A stretch of DNA of 64,000 nt from the human T2T-CHM13v2.0 reference genome, Homo sapiens. The stretch lies in NCBI RefSeq assembly GCF_009914755.1, contig NC_060933.1. One strand, 5' to 3'. The position numbers and the translations under genes were made by a program. This document shows positions 48,780 through 64,000 of this stretch, piece by piece. Below the pieces are notes generated by a model. The model was not told the origin of the DNA. It was given only the letters and a program-made list of their open reading frames with translations, and searched no databases. Position 1 is the first letter of the stretch. Each line of letters opens with the position of its first letter.

Positions 48780-48924
48780 GTTCCACACCCTGCTTTGAAA
48801 GTAAACCTCACCTTGTCTTAAAGATACAGTATGTGAAACCTGATACTTGACAATCCCATCTTCTTTTTTATGGAGTGGCTGAGACTTACTTGTAGGGAAA
48901 GCACACCCAGTTAACTCAAATGCT
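48780..48924. repeat. 145-bp dispersed direct repeat, copy 2
   Basis: Matches copy 1 at 46461-46605. Confidence 0.92.
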
Positions 48925-50949
48925 TAGAACACTGTAGTGGAAGGTCAATGCACGTGATCAATCCCCATGAGAGCCAGTTAGGTTAGTTCTGTCTCAATGC
49001 CACATCCCAGCCTTCAGCCTTTGGCAACTCTCTGGGGGAAATAAATGCCATTAATTAGAAGGGGCACCAGGCAAGTTTGTGTGTACTGAGCAACAAAAAC
49101 CCATTCTTTCTCTTTGAAAGGATCTCAAAGCTCACAGTGAAACAGCAGCATGTTCCTTTCACAAGGACAGCAGAGAATTTGGGGGTTTATCAAAGAACAT
49201 AACCATCTCATTTCTCTCCAAGAGATAGCAGATTTAAGGTCTAATATGATTATTTATGTTTATTTAATTCACAATATGATTATTTAATCGTGTTGCATTG
49301 ATCTTTGAACTCCTTTAATTCAATAACTTTGAGTTGCTCTTCTCACACTCAAGTACAAATAACTAGACATAGACACTTCACAGATCGGCAGATTATTCTG
49401 CATTGCCCTCTCAATCTCACCTATTTTTTTAAAAGTTTTTTTAAACTATAACTCTTTTCTGTGCTAACATAAAGCATGCTTCCTTGGCCTTTTAGGCAAA
49501 AATATAACCTTGAGGATCCCAAGTGAACTTGTCTTCATTTAAACTGGAGAGATTACTCCTTGGAGGTTTTCTGTGTCACCATGTCTTCCTTCTTCTCACT
49601 TTGCTCACTCCTATTGGGTGAAGTGAGCTTCATCTGGTATTTTATGATTTGAGTGGTTAATTCTTCTGATTCTGAACAAAAGACTACACTTCATTCTGAT
49701 AATTTGTACCCTCCAGGCTTTCCTCCTGAGTAGTTCCTTTCCAACCTCTTTGGAGAATGATGGGAAAAGTCTATTTACTCAGTACTCCTCATGGGTGAAA
49801 GCTCTTCCAAGCTATAAATAAAACAAATTTAACTTGTACAGGGTTACTAATGCTATGGAGAGACAAATAAAGGAGCTTGCTGCCTTCTGGCTGCAGGAAT
49901 CAGGCCAAGGATTTTCACAAAATAGCCCAGGACTCTAATGTATGAAGAGTCTTATTATGATAAGAATTTAACAATAATAATTCCATTTTTGTTGCAGACA
50001 TTCTTATTCAAAAGAAAGAACACCGAAATTGACCTTACCCTGACAATATGATGGCTGAAGGATTTATGATCACTTATAACATTTGAAATTGAGGCGGAAC
50101 CTGAAGAATAAGACTCTGGTGAAAGGTCCTATTTATGCTTTTGATGTCTTTCACTTGGACATTTACCACATGCCTATTGGTAGGTTTGTTACATAGGTCA
50201 GTTAAGGTGATACAAGAATAAATAAAACACTATCCCTATCCTTTAATATCATTTATTTATGGGGTCAATCACAGATTTTCATTTTTCAAAATCTTTGATA
50301 AATGTCAGAATTATGTTTTTTAATATTTTTACAGAATTATTACAATATATGGTAGAGGATGGAAGGCAAGGTAGTATGAAACGGAAAAGATATTTTGAAT
50401 TAAGGTATTTGGACCTGGATTAATATTTTTGCTTTGGTCTTTATTAGCTGAGTGACCTTGAGAAAGTTCTTCTACTAAAAAAGAACAAAGATAATAATTA
50501 CTTCATGAAATTGCTGTAAAAAACACATAACAAGTATATCCAGACTCAACAGTGTATGCTCAAAAATGCAGATCCTTTTTCCCTTACCTGCAAATAAAGT
50601 CTTACAGTAATACAGTGGGGGTAAAGGTTTAAACTGGTGGATTCAAGAAGGGCTATAGAAAGAGGTAGCATCTTAATAGGGGAAGGAGAGGATCCAAGAA
50701 ATCAGATCCATTTTCTACAAAAAGAAATGGGAAGACAGATAATTCAAGAAGAAAAGTTTACATGATTAAAGACCCGAAGTTAGAAATAGTGATGTGTCTC
50801 AATAGTAAGTTAGGAATTGGGGTGGACACAATTGTTGGAAGAAGGATGGTTTCAGCAAAGGCCCAAGTTAGGTGACAATTTCAAGTGTTTGTGAAGATAT
50901 ATGAACAAAATTATAAAGTAGTTAGGGTATAAGAAATAGGGAGGAGGGA

Positions 50950-51180
50950 ATGAATTAACATTTATGGAGTGTCTTGCATGTTCCAAGCACTGTACTACTT
51001 GCCTTATAAACCTTTCTTCAATAAACGCCTACAACAATCCTGAGATGTGGAATTATTAGTTCCTCAATGGACCCAGAGAGTTTCAATTATGTGCTTAAGA
51101 ACACAGAGTTAGTAAAGGACAGAGACAGAATTCAAATGTAAGCCTATGTTACTCCACATCCTATGCATTCACTAAACCTC
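50950..51180 (-). mobile_element. MIR
   Basis: aacatttatggagtgtc...acaacaatcctgagatgt...agaattcaaat. Confidence 0.65.
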
Positions 51181-51232
51181 TCAAGAAAACCAATTTATTG
51201 GACCTTTTAATCATTTAAGAATGAGATGATAG

Positions 51233-52255
51233 GGGGCGGTTCCAAGATGGCCAAATAGGAACAGCTCCAGTCTACAGCTCCCAGCATGAGCGACGCAGAA
51301 GACGGGTGATTTCTGCATTTCCAACTGAGGTACTGGGTTCATCTCACTGGGGCTTGTTGGACAGTGGGTGCAGGACAGTGGGTGCAACCCACCGAGCATG
51401 AGCCGAAGCAGGGCGAGGCATCGCCTCACCTGGGAAGTGCAAGGTGTCAGGGAATTCCCTTTCCTAGCCAAGGAAAGCTGTGACAGACACCTGGAAAACT
51501 GGGTCACTCCCACCCTAATACTGCGCTTTTCCAACGGTCTTAGCAAATGGCACACCAGGAGATTATATCCCGCACATGGCTCAGAGGGTCCCATGCCCAG
51601 GGAGCCTTGCACATTGCTGGCACAGTGGTCTGAGATTGAACTGCAAGGCAGCAGCGAGGCTGGGGGTAGGGCGCCCACCATTGCTGAGGCTTGAGTAGGT
51701 AAACAAAGTGGCCGGGAAGCTGGAACTGTGTGGAGCCCACCACAGATCAAGGAGGCCTGCCTGCCTCTGTAGACTCCACCTATGGGGGCAGGGCATAGCT
51801 GAACAAAAGTCAGCAGAAACCTCTGCAGACTTAAATGCCCCTGTCTGACAGCTTTGAAGAGAGTAGTGGTTCTCCCAGCATGGAGTTTGAGATCTGAGAA
51901 CGGACAGACTGCCTCCTCAAGAGGGTCCCTGACCCCTGACTGGCTGAACTGGGAGGCACCCCCCAGTAGGGGCAGACTGACACCTCACACGGCCAGGTAC
52001 CCATCTGAGATGAAGCTTCCAGAGGAACGATCAGGTAGCAACATTTGCCGTTCAGCAGTATTCGCTGTTCTGCAGCCTCTGCTGCTGATACCCAGGCAAA
52101 CAGGTCTGGAGTGGACCTCCAGCAAACTCCAACAGACCTGCAGCTGAGGGTCCTGACTGTTAGAAGGAAAACTAACAAACAGAAAGGACACCCACACCAA
52201 AACCCCATCTGTACGTCACCATGATCAAAGACCAAAGGTAGATAAAACCACAAAG
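51233..52255 (+). promoter_or_regulatory. L1 5'UTR internal promoter region (YY1 site caagatggcc near 51243)
   Basis: Position and sequence of the L1PA 5'UTR; partial CpG decay, activity unknown. Confidence 0.7.
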
Positions 52256-53272
52256 ATGGGGAAAAAACAGAGCAGAAAAACTGAAAATTCTAAAAATCAG
52301 AGCCCCTCTCCCCCTCCAAAGGAATGCAGCTCCTTGCCAGCAATGGAACAAAGCTGGACTGAGAATGACTTTGATGAGTTGAGAGAAGAAGGCTTCAGAA
52401 GATCAAACTTCTCCGAGCCAAAGGAGGAAGTTTGAACCCATCGCAAAGAAGCTAAAAACCTTGAAAAAAGATTAGACGAATGGCTAACTAGAATAACCAG
52501 TGTAAAGAAGTCCTTAAATGACCTGATGGAGCTGAAAACCATGGCACAAGAACTACGTGACGAATGCACAAGCTTCAGTAGCTGATTCTATCAATGGGAA
52601 GAAAGGGTATCAGTGATTGAAGATCAAATTAATGAAATGAAGCGAGAAGAGAAGTTTAGAGAAAAAAGAACAAAAAGAAACGAACAAAGCCTCCAAGAAA
52701 TATGGGACTATGTGAAAAGACCAAATCTACGTCTGATTGGTGTACCTGAAAGTGACTGGGAGAATGGAACCAAGTTGGAAAACACTCTGCAGGATATTAT
52801 CCAGGAGAACTTCCCCAATATAGCAAGACAGGCCAACATTCAAATTCAGAAAATACAGAGAACACCACAAAGATACTCCTTGAGAAGAGCAACTCCAAGA
52901 CACATAATTGTCAGATTCACCAAAATTGAAATGAAGGAAAAAATGTTAACGGCAGTCAGAGAGAAAAGTCAGGTTACCCACAAAGGGAAGCCCATCAGAC
53001 TAACAGCTGATCTCTTGGCAGAAACTCTGCAAGCCAGAAGAGAGTAGGGGCCAATATTCAACATTCTTAAAGGAAAGAATTTTCAACCCAGAATTTCATA
53101 TCCAGCCAAACTAAGCTTCATAAGTGAAGGAGAAATAAAATCCTTTACAGACAAGCAAATGCTGAGAGATTTTGTCACCACCAGGCCTGCCCTACAAGAG
53201 CTCCTGAAGGAAGCACTAAACATGGAAAGGAACAACCGGTACCAGCCACTGCAAAAACATGACAAATTGTAA
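52256..53272 (+). pseudogene. L1 ORF1p, disrupted
   Basis: atggggaaaaaacag start; EIWDYVKRPNLRLIGVPE; premature stops (e.g. TAG ending 53047). Confidence 0.93.
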
Positions 53273-53335
53273 AGACCAGTGATGCTAGGAAGAAACTGCA
53301 TCAACTAACGAGCAAATTAACCAGCTAACATCATA

Positions 53336-57156
<3,821 letters not shown>

Positions 57157-58728
57157 ACAAAGAGAACACTTGGACACAGGATGGGGAACATCACACACCA
57201 GGGCCTGTCGTGGGGTGGGGGGATGGGGGAGGGATAGCATTAGGAGATATACCTAATTTAAAAGACGAGTTAATGGGTGCAGCACACCAACATGGCACAT
57301 GTATACATATGTAATAAACCTGCACATTGTGCACATGTACCCTAGAACTTAAAGTATAAAAAAAAAAAGAATGAGATGACAGAAGACTATTTCAGTCTTC
57401 TATCTACCCTATTTCAGGGTAGTAGCCACAAAAAAAAAAAAAAAAAAAAAAAAGGAGATAAAGGGGTGAGTGGATGGATGGACAAATGAATGGAGAGATA
57501 GATGGGCAAATAAATAAACACGAAGATGGATAACAAAATGGATATATGGAAAGTCAAATAATGAGTGGATGATTGCAAGAGGTGTGGAGGTAAGCTCAAC
57601 ACATGAAAGAACTGGAAGAAGGAGGAATTAAATATAACATCTGGTGCTGGAACATCTAGTAAAATCTGACAGCGTTAATGAAGAAAAACACAAGAAGAAA
57701 GAACAAGTTGCTAAAAAAGGGGAGGAAGAAGTCAGTTCTGTGACACAGAATAAAAAATTTTTATGGGAATTATCGCTGAAACATTGCTAAATGTGAATAT
57801 GCTTGAGCACTGGATGATTTGCATAGACAGAGCAGCCTCTTTTTCCCAGAGGTAGGTTCTCCTGCTGGGTATGGACAGACAAACTGGCTGGCCCTCAGCT
57901 TGCATGGAAAAATTTGAGCCAAGATGGTCACAGAAGTCACCATCCTGCTCACATCTGGATTCCGATGGAAGCAGTCAATTAGTGAAAAAAAAATTGGGAC
58001 ATAAATTATTCAAATGTTTGGCAAGCAAAAGAACAGGTTGTTTGTCCTTATAAACTCTGTGTTAGAGCCGTGTGAAAACAGATCACCCATAAAGAATGCT
58101 TTCTGAGGATTCTGGGGGTGTCTTTCAGTTGGTAAGAATGTTCATTCATATTTGAGGTCCAGTTCCAATGTAAGCTCCTGTCTGAAACCTTCCTCATCTG
58201 TATGGACTTGACTGGGTCAACTTAGTTCAAGTAGACTTATGCCTCCTAGAATTTCCTTTCCTACATTGTTTCAAGTTAGCATGGGTCATAGGAGACATTT
58301 TGCATGAGTTTTGGAAGGTTGAATTAAAGCAGAAGCCGTAGTTAGTTCACACTCAGAGGGTCAATGAAGGAACACCAGGTGCTATTGTAAACCATGTCCA
58401 TTGCTACTTATCTGCTTGCAAACCTTGTTGGTCTGGGCCAACAGCCAGACCAGCAGCAATTCCACCTCCCAATGGATCCTTCTTCAGTTTTTTTAACTCC
58501 TGGCTTGCATGTGAATTTAGTGCATGAAGAGACACCACTTCTTCAGGACTCAAACATTACTAAAGTTAGAGGCTGGAAGACAATGAGAAACTGAGGCAGA
58601 TTCTAGGCCATTCTCCATCTTTGCAGGCTCCAGTTCATCCTTGCTCTCCCACACTTCATATCAACTTCCTTGCCCAACTCTCTGTCCTGCTGACTTCAGG
58701 CTCCAGAACTAGTAGTGGCAAGGAAGGT

Positions 58729-58926
58729 CACTAGTTTGCAAACTATGACCTGCAGAGCAAACCCAACCCACTGCCTGTTTTTGTAAATGCAATTTTATTG
58801 GCACGTAGCCAGACCCATGTGTTTATTAATTGCTTGGGGCTGCTTCTGTGCTACAGAGATCATATGTCTTCCAAAGCCTAAAATATTTATTATCTGCTCC
58901 TTTAAAGAAAAGGTTTGCCAAATCTG
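58729..58926 (+). mobile_element. hAT-Charlie MITE (MER58A-like)
   Basis: gcaaactatg...ctgcctgtttttgtaaat...aaagcctaaaatattta...aggtttgcc. Confidence 0.85.
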
Positions 58927-58995
58927 AGCAAAGACAATAACCATACACAGACTGTTAAACCAACTTCCACAATCATGTAAGGTCAAATCCCTAAA

Positions 58996-59140
58996 TGTGC
59001 ATGTGCATATATATGTATGTACATTCACGTGTGTGTGTATATATGTATGTACATTCACGTGTGTATATATGTATATTATATATACATGAATGTTTGTATG
59101 CATGCATATATGTATATGTTTGTGAATATACATATATTTA
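58996..59140. repeat. (TA/TG)-rich microsatellite with a 30-bp-period duplication
   Basis: tatatatgtatgtacattcacgtgtgt at 59008 and 59038. Confidence 0.9.
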
Positions 59141-60057
59141 TCAGTTTCATTTCTCTGATCAAACCTTGATTATCACCCAATCTCTACTCCATTAATATTT
59201 GGAAACCAAGAAAACTGAATGCCTCCTTCTCTGTTGCCACAGTATTTTGCTATTAGAGCACTTGCCATATTGAATTATAATCGGTTTGTATCTCTATTTG
59301 TGTCTCTTTTACTAAATAATGAAATCTTAGAAGTGCCCTTTCTCCAATGATAGTAAAAAAGAATAACTGAATAAGGAAATGACTAAGCAATGAGTGAATG
59401 AATAAATGTAGAAAAAGACAAATAGATGTTTTTCTTTCCTTCGTTTGGCCTTTCTAGCTTTTGTGCATCCCCATGGCCACATACCAGCACACAGAGCCAG
59501 AGTTTGGCAGACTAATGTTTAACTCTGGGCAGCTCCAACTGGGCTACCCTCTGCCTTGATGCTGGTGCAGCCTGCTCAGCATGAGGGACCGTGGAGTCCC
59601 TTTCCAGGTTGTATTGTGCTCTATGCCTTGACAGAAACCAAGGCCAGCTTTGGGTAGGCAGTGCTCCACTTTGACAGAGGTGCGGTTGCTGCAGATGGCC
59701 TTAAATACCTCCAGTGGCTGTGGCCCTCTGCCAAGGCTGCTGTAGGAGCTGGCAGGTGCTTGAAAGGGGCCTCTGGCATTTGGAAAGCACCTGGACTTTG
59801 TCAAGCATTTTCATTCTCATGGACTTAGTTGGAATTTATGAGGGCAAAGGACTTAGAGAAGAACTCAGTGAGAACTGGGGTTCCTCCACAACCTTGGTCA
59901 AGTCACGTAAACTGTTTGTGTTTCAGTTTCTCTACCAGCCAAGCTCTGAAGTGCTATGATTTTGTGATTAAGAACTCAGCATCAGACTGATGGCTTGTGG
60001 CTCCTACTTATAGAGGTTTTCTGTTCCCCATGTTGCCTCTTAAAAAGAGGCCTCTTC

Positions 60058-60175
60058 CAGAGGTTGCAGTGAGCCAAGATCGCACCACTGAACTCCAGCC
60101 TGGGCGACAAGAGTGCGACTCTGTCTCAAAAAAAAAAAAACAAAAAGCAAAACAAAACCAAAAAAAAAAAAAACA
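60058..60175 (+). mobile_element. Heavily 5'-truncated Alu (~70 bp plus tail)
   Basis: cagaggttgcagtgagcc...ctgtctc plus A tail; TSD aaaa(g/c)aggcctcttc at 60043-60057 and 60176-60190. Confidence 0.92.
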
Positions 60176-60539
60176 AAAACAGGCCTCTTCAGAGAGGAGA
60201 ATGGGTAAGAGGTACCTAATAAACTGGAATTTACTATACTGAAAGATATTTTAAATAAAAATGAGTGTAACTAGCATTTACTGAGAACTTACGTGCCAAA
60301 ATCTCCACTCAGCATTTTAAGTGCATTACCTTAAGGAAATTAGGATTGGTTGCTACTGCCTTTAGAAGCTGGTGTGTGGTGTGTGTGTATGTCTTAGAAT
60401 ATTCTCCATATGGAGCAGCAACAGTCAATTCAAACAGTGTGTTAAATTGTTTTCACTGTTCTAGGTCATATGTGCCTTTTCTGCATGTGTGCATGCATGT
60501 CTCCAGTATTCGTTTTTAATAGCAAAAAGAATCACACTA

Positions 60540-60780
60540 CGGTGTATTGAGTACCTGCCATGTGCCAGGCACTATGCCAAGCTCTCTACCTTCATATGAT
60601 TGCATTTAATCTTCTAACAACCTAACATAATGGGTATTATTCCTATGTTACTGTAGAAGAAACTAGGGATCAGAGAAGCTAAGTAATTCACATGAAGTCA
60701 CACAGCCAGGAAGTGACATCCTAAATTCAAACTCAAGTCTGTTTGACTCAAAAGCAATGTTATTTCTCCTACATTGAGCT
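60540..60780 (-). mobile_element. MIR
   Basis: tattgagtacctgccatgtgccaggcact...gtcacacagccaggaagtg. Confidence 0.8.
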
Positions 60781-61192
60781 GCATCCCATTGCAGTGTGCC
60801 TGGAAAAGGTCAGAATATCCTGCTGATATGAACATGCCCCTAAATGCCTCAGTGCTAATCCTATGAGTGAGACCTTTGTGAGCATCTTAATAGGTAGATC
60901 TGTGGCTACAACCCATAGCCAGACATTTCAAGAATGGTATTAATTGTCTACAACACAAGAGAAAGATTATTTATCGTCAAAGCTGTGCGGGACTTGGGGA
61001 GCAGCACTCATGTTCTTCCAGGTAAGGACACTGAACCTAGAGAAGTGAGCTGCTTGGCCAAGTTCACCCGGAGTTAGAGCTTAAATCTAGGTTTCTCTAT
61101 CTGTCAGCTCATCTTTCTACTCCACTGCCACTTCCTCCCTTGCACTTCTGCCTTCCTCAGAAATTTTAATTGAGCATGTGAGTGTGAGAGTT

Positions 61193-61194
<2 letters not shown>

Positions 61195-61230
<36 letters not shown>
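61195..61230. repeat. (TG)18 microsatellite
   Basis: Direct reading. Confidence 0.97.
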
Positions 61231-61238
<8 letters not shown>

Positions 61239-62944
61239 GGTGACAGAAAAAAAAAGATTGCAGGAGAGTGCTGACAGGGAGGAGACCAGGTTGGGAAAGA
61301 AAGGCAGAAAGACTAGTATATTTTAAAGCCAGATGTTGCATTTTTAATGGCAGTACAAGAAAGGCAACATCTTGATGGCTTCTCATGATAGATTGAAGCA
61401 GAAGCCAGCCTTCCAGTGCTTTTCTGAGGCTTTCTGTCACAGCTTTGCAAAACCTAGAATTGAAAAAACCAATTAATGAATGCCCTGGTGCTTTGGAGGT
61501 AGCAAAGACAAAGCAATTGTGTCACAGGGAGCTGAAGCTAGGGCTGCCACTTCATTTCCTTTCCCATGGGAAATCGGAGCATTACCAGCTTTGAGGAGCC
61601 TCTGTGATCCTCCGAGTCTGTCTCTCTGCCCCCTGTCTTCTGAATGCATTTAGAATCTAATGATTCTTCTCCTGGCATGAATTGAAGTGATCCACTCCAC
61701 ACATCCCGACTCCAATCAGCAAGGATTTGTCAGTGAACCCCAAAAACGGTAGGCAGCAAGAGCATAGGATACAGGAAGATACCAGGGTGCCCCAGATTCT
61801 AACCCTTCAATATAATAAATAACATGTGAGATGGGGCTGGGAGTGGGCAGGGAAAAGATGCATCATTCACTTTCATCGAGGTCACCATGCCCTTCTCTGC
61901 TCTTTTCAGAGAAAAGCTTTTCTTTATACATGCACGCCACACTCACTCACACATGCACACTCCCTGCAAGAAGCCATCAGAGCATTTTGGTCATCTATAG
62001 GCCACTCAGCTTCTTCAGAGTTGAGTAAGATTAAAAAAGCCCGACATCTCCAATATTCCTCAGCAACGGTTTATGTACCTGCATAAGCAGATGAAAAAAG
62101 GGCTTGGGGATGTATTAAAAAACATGCATGTATATGATGGATGGGGAGAGAGAGCACGCAAGAATCTGATACAGATTAATGGCTCTCTGTATTTTTGGAG
62201 TCTTTTTGTTTCAGGCCTATGGTTGTGGCGTATTGGAAGGGTTCTGGAATTTTAGAACACAAAGTAGCAGTTTTAAATAATGAGAGAAGATTCCACATGG
62301 AACGCTCATCTGGCTGTGGCAGCCTGTGACTGAATGAGAGAAAAGTGCCCTAGAAGCTATTCATTACGAATTCACTGGAAGCTCTCAAACGAGGCTGGCA
62401 GAAGCTGAAATTGAAGTGGTCTCTGACCTAATTTTCTTCTGCATGAAACATCTGCATCAAGGCTCTCTTTGATGTATTCCACTTGGCTCTGTCTACGGGA
62501 TTGTATCACATGGACTCGGTGTTGCCTCCTTATTGAAAGACATTTCCAGCCTTTGCAAGGTAATGCGATGTTACTGTTACCCAAGCTAATCACTCAATGT
62601 GCTCCTAAAATAGAAACAATAGCAGTTCAGAGACAATGTTGTCTGCTGGCTGTTCCTGCAGCTTGGGCTCCTGGTTTTCCAACTGAAATCTGTGGCATTT
62701 GCCTCCTGTAATTCCAAAACAAAGGAGAGGGAGAAGAAGGGCAAAGCTATGCAAGATAATGTTGAAGGACCAGCAGCATTATGTGTGAGAAGCTTCATCT
62801 TATTTGGTCCTTCAAGCCATTGGGTAGGATTTTGGCACCATTTAAACCACACAGAGCAATACCATAAGAGGTCTGCCTTAAGAAAGAAAAAAAATCTCTT
62901 TATTTGGATGTTGCTTTTATTCCAAATTCTGACTGACACCCTCC

Positions 62945-62947
<3 letters not shown>

Positions 62948-62990
<43 letters not shown>
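62948..62990. repeat. (GA)21 microsatellite
   Basis: Direct reading. Confidence 0.97.
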
Positions 62991-62992
<2 letters not shown>

Positions 62993-64000
62993 GTGTACTG
63001 AATGTTGAGTGTTTTGTGATTCTTTAGTGATCTATGAACTACTTTTAAAAATTGTCTTTCCCCTCTTAAGCTCTCCCAACCTAGGTGGAATGCAGGAGTG
63101 AATTTTAAAAGGAATAATGATAATAATCTTTTTTAAAAGCAACTGTAATGAGGCATCTTCTTTATCCTGGCAGAATAGCTCTTGCCTTTCTCCATAAAGG
63201 TTTGCTGCACCGTCTTCGTTAATGGTGTGCTGCTGTTCCCCACCATCCCAGCATTATGTGAATAACGGTGGTGTCTTTTGTGTCCCACCCCCTGAAGAAG
63301 AAACCTTTGAAATTCTAAATGACTGTGCTGCAGGTTTTAATGTCTGCTTCTGAGAAAGAATTGAGAAATGCGCACTCACTGAGCAAGATGCAGCATGCCT
63401 TTGAAAAGCCTTTTCGCCTGACTCCTCTGTCCCACGAATTTAGATGAATATACATTCTTGTAGATGCCCCCTAGTTCTCGTTATGCCAGGAGAGAATGAC
63501 AGATGTGATCAACAGCCTCCTTTTGCCCAAATATTGATACTCCCATGGACAAATATGTAGTCATTCCTTTCCTTTCTGTGCTTTCTAATCAAACAAAGCA
63601 ATCAGATATGAAGCATTTGGGGGCAGTAGAATCTCTGAGGTCAGTGGTGATCTGGTTCTCCAACAAGAAGAGACTATGGGTGCACATTGACCTGCTTGTT
63701 ATGAACCTTCACAGAAGACCCAGGGAAGGTGTTAAGAGTTGGGGCCACGAGGTGGGCATCTTTAATCATCCTCAAGAATTAAAGCAGATATTCCCCTCCT
63801 CCAGGATGTCTTCCCTCATTATCCTCATTGTACTGGGGCCTTTCAGGTATGCAACATGACAGAACAACCGTGTTCTCCTCAATCAAAGCACTGAGAATTG
63901 TGTATGGTCTGTCTTCTCTAACAGCCTGCGCTGTCTGGAAGGCAGACACTATTATCTTTGCAGTCACAATGTCCACCACAAATAGGCTGACCAACTCATC

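Larger units (their letters stand above)
58198..59176 (+). mobile_element. ERVL LTR (LTR41-like) with nested MER58A and microsatellite
   Basis: gtcaacttag...agaatttcctttcc start; ccacaatcatgtaaggtcaaatccct and tctctgatcaaaccttgatt end. Confidence 0.65.

Noticed and set aside
46461-48924. The 145-bp repeats as paired LTRs of a 2.5-kb retroelement, or as snoRNAs
   Set aside because: No TG...CA ends, TSD, PBS or PPT; an older MIR lies between them; no convincing C/D or H/ACA boxes.
51211-52253. Minus-strand ORFs (179, 140, 71 aa) as L1 ORF0 or a gene
   Set aside because: Antisense frames in the L1PA5 5'UTR; I cannot match them to an intact ORF0 by eye.

Overview
Repeat-rich, AT-rich primate (probably hominoid) genomic DNA, intronic or intergenic. 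I found no protein-coding host exon, RNA gene or CpG island. All recognisable ORFs are decayed LINE-1 ORF1/ORF2 pieces; the rest look like chance frames over repeats. Main content: two full-length dead L1s (L1PA8A-like 11165-17810 with an Alu in ORF2; L1PA5-like 51233-57366 with a 16-bp TSD), a young L1PA2/3 with a twin-priming inversion (19237-20390), ten Alus, solo LTRs (MLT1B, THE1C, LTR16C, MLT1F-like, LTR41), DNA transposon fossils (MER63, piggyBac MER75, MER58A), many MIR/L2/L3 fragments and microsatellites. Repeat names come from recalled consensus sequences, not a search. Best leads: (1) two L1s of different age 36.8 kb apart share near-identical tracts and non-consensus substitutions, suggesting cis gene conversion; (2) a 145-bp direct duplicate 2319 bp apart has minus-strand exon-like architecture with better-conserved flanks; (3) a CpG-retaining segment may be an ancient CR1/L2-type RT fragment; (4) a + strand L1 bias hints at a minus-strand host transcript. 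I see no convincing evidence of a new multi-gene system.
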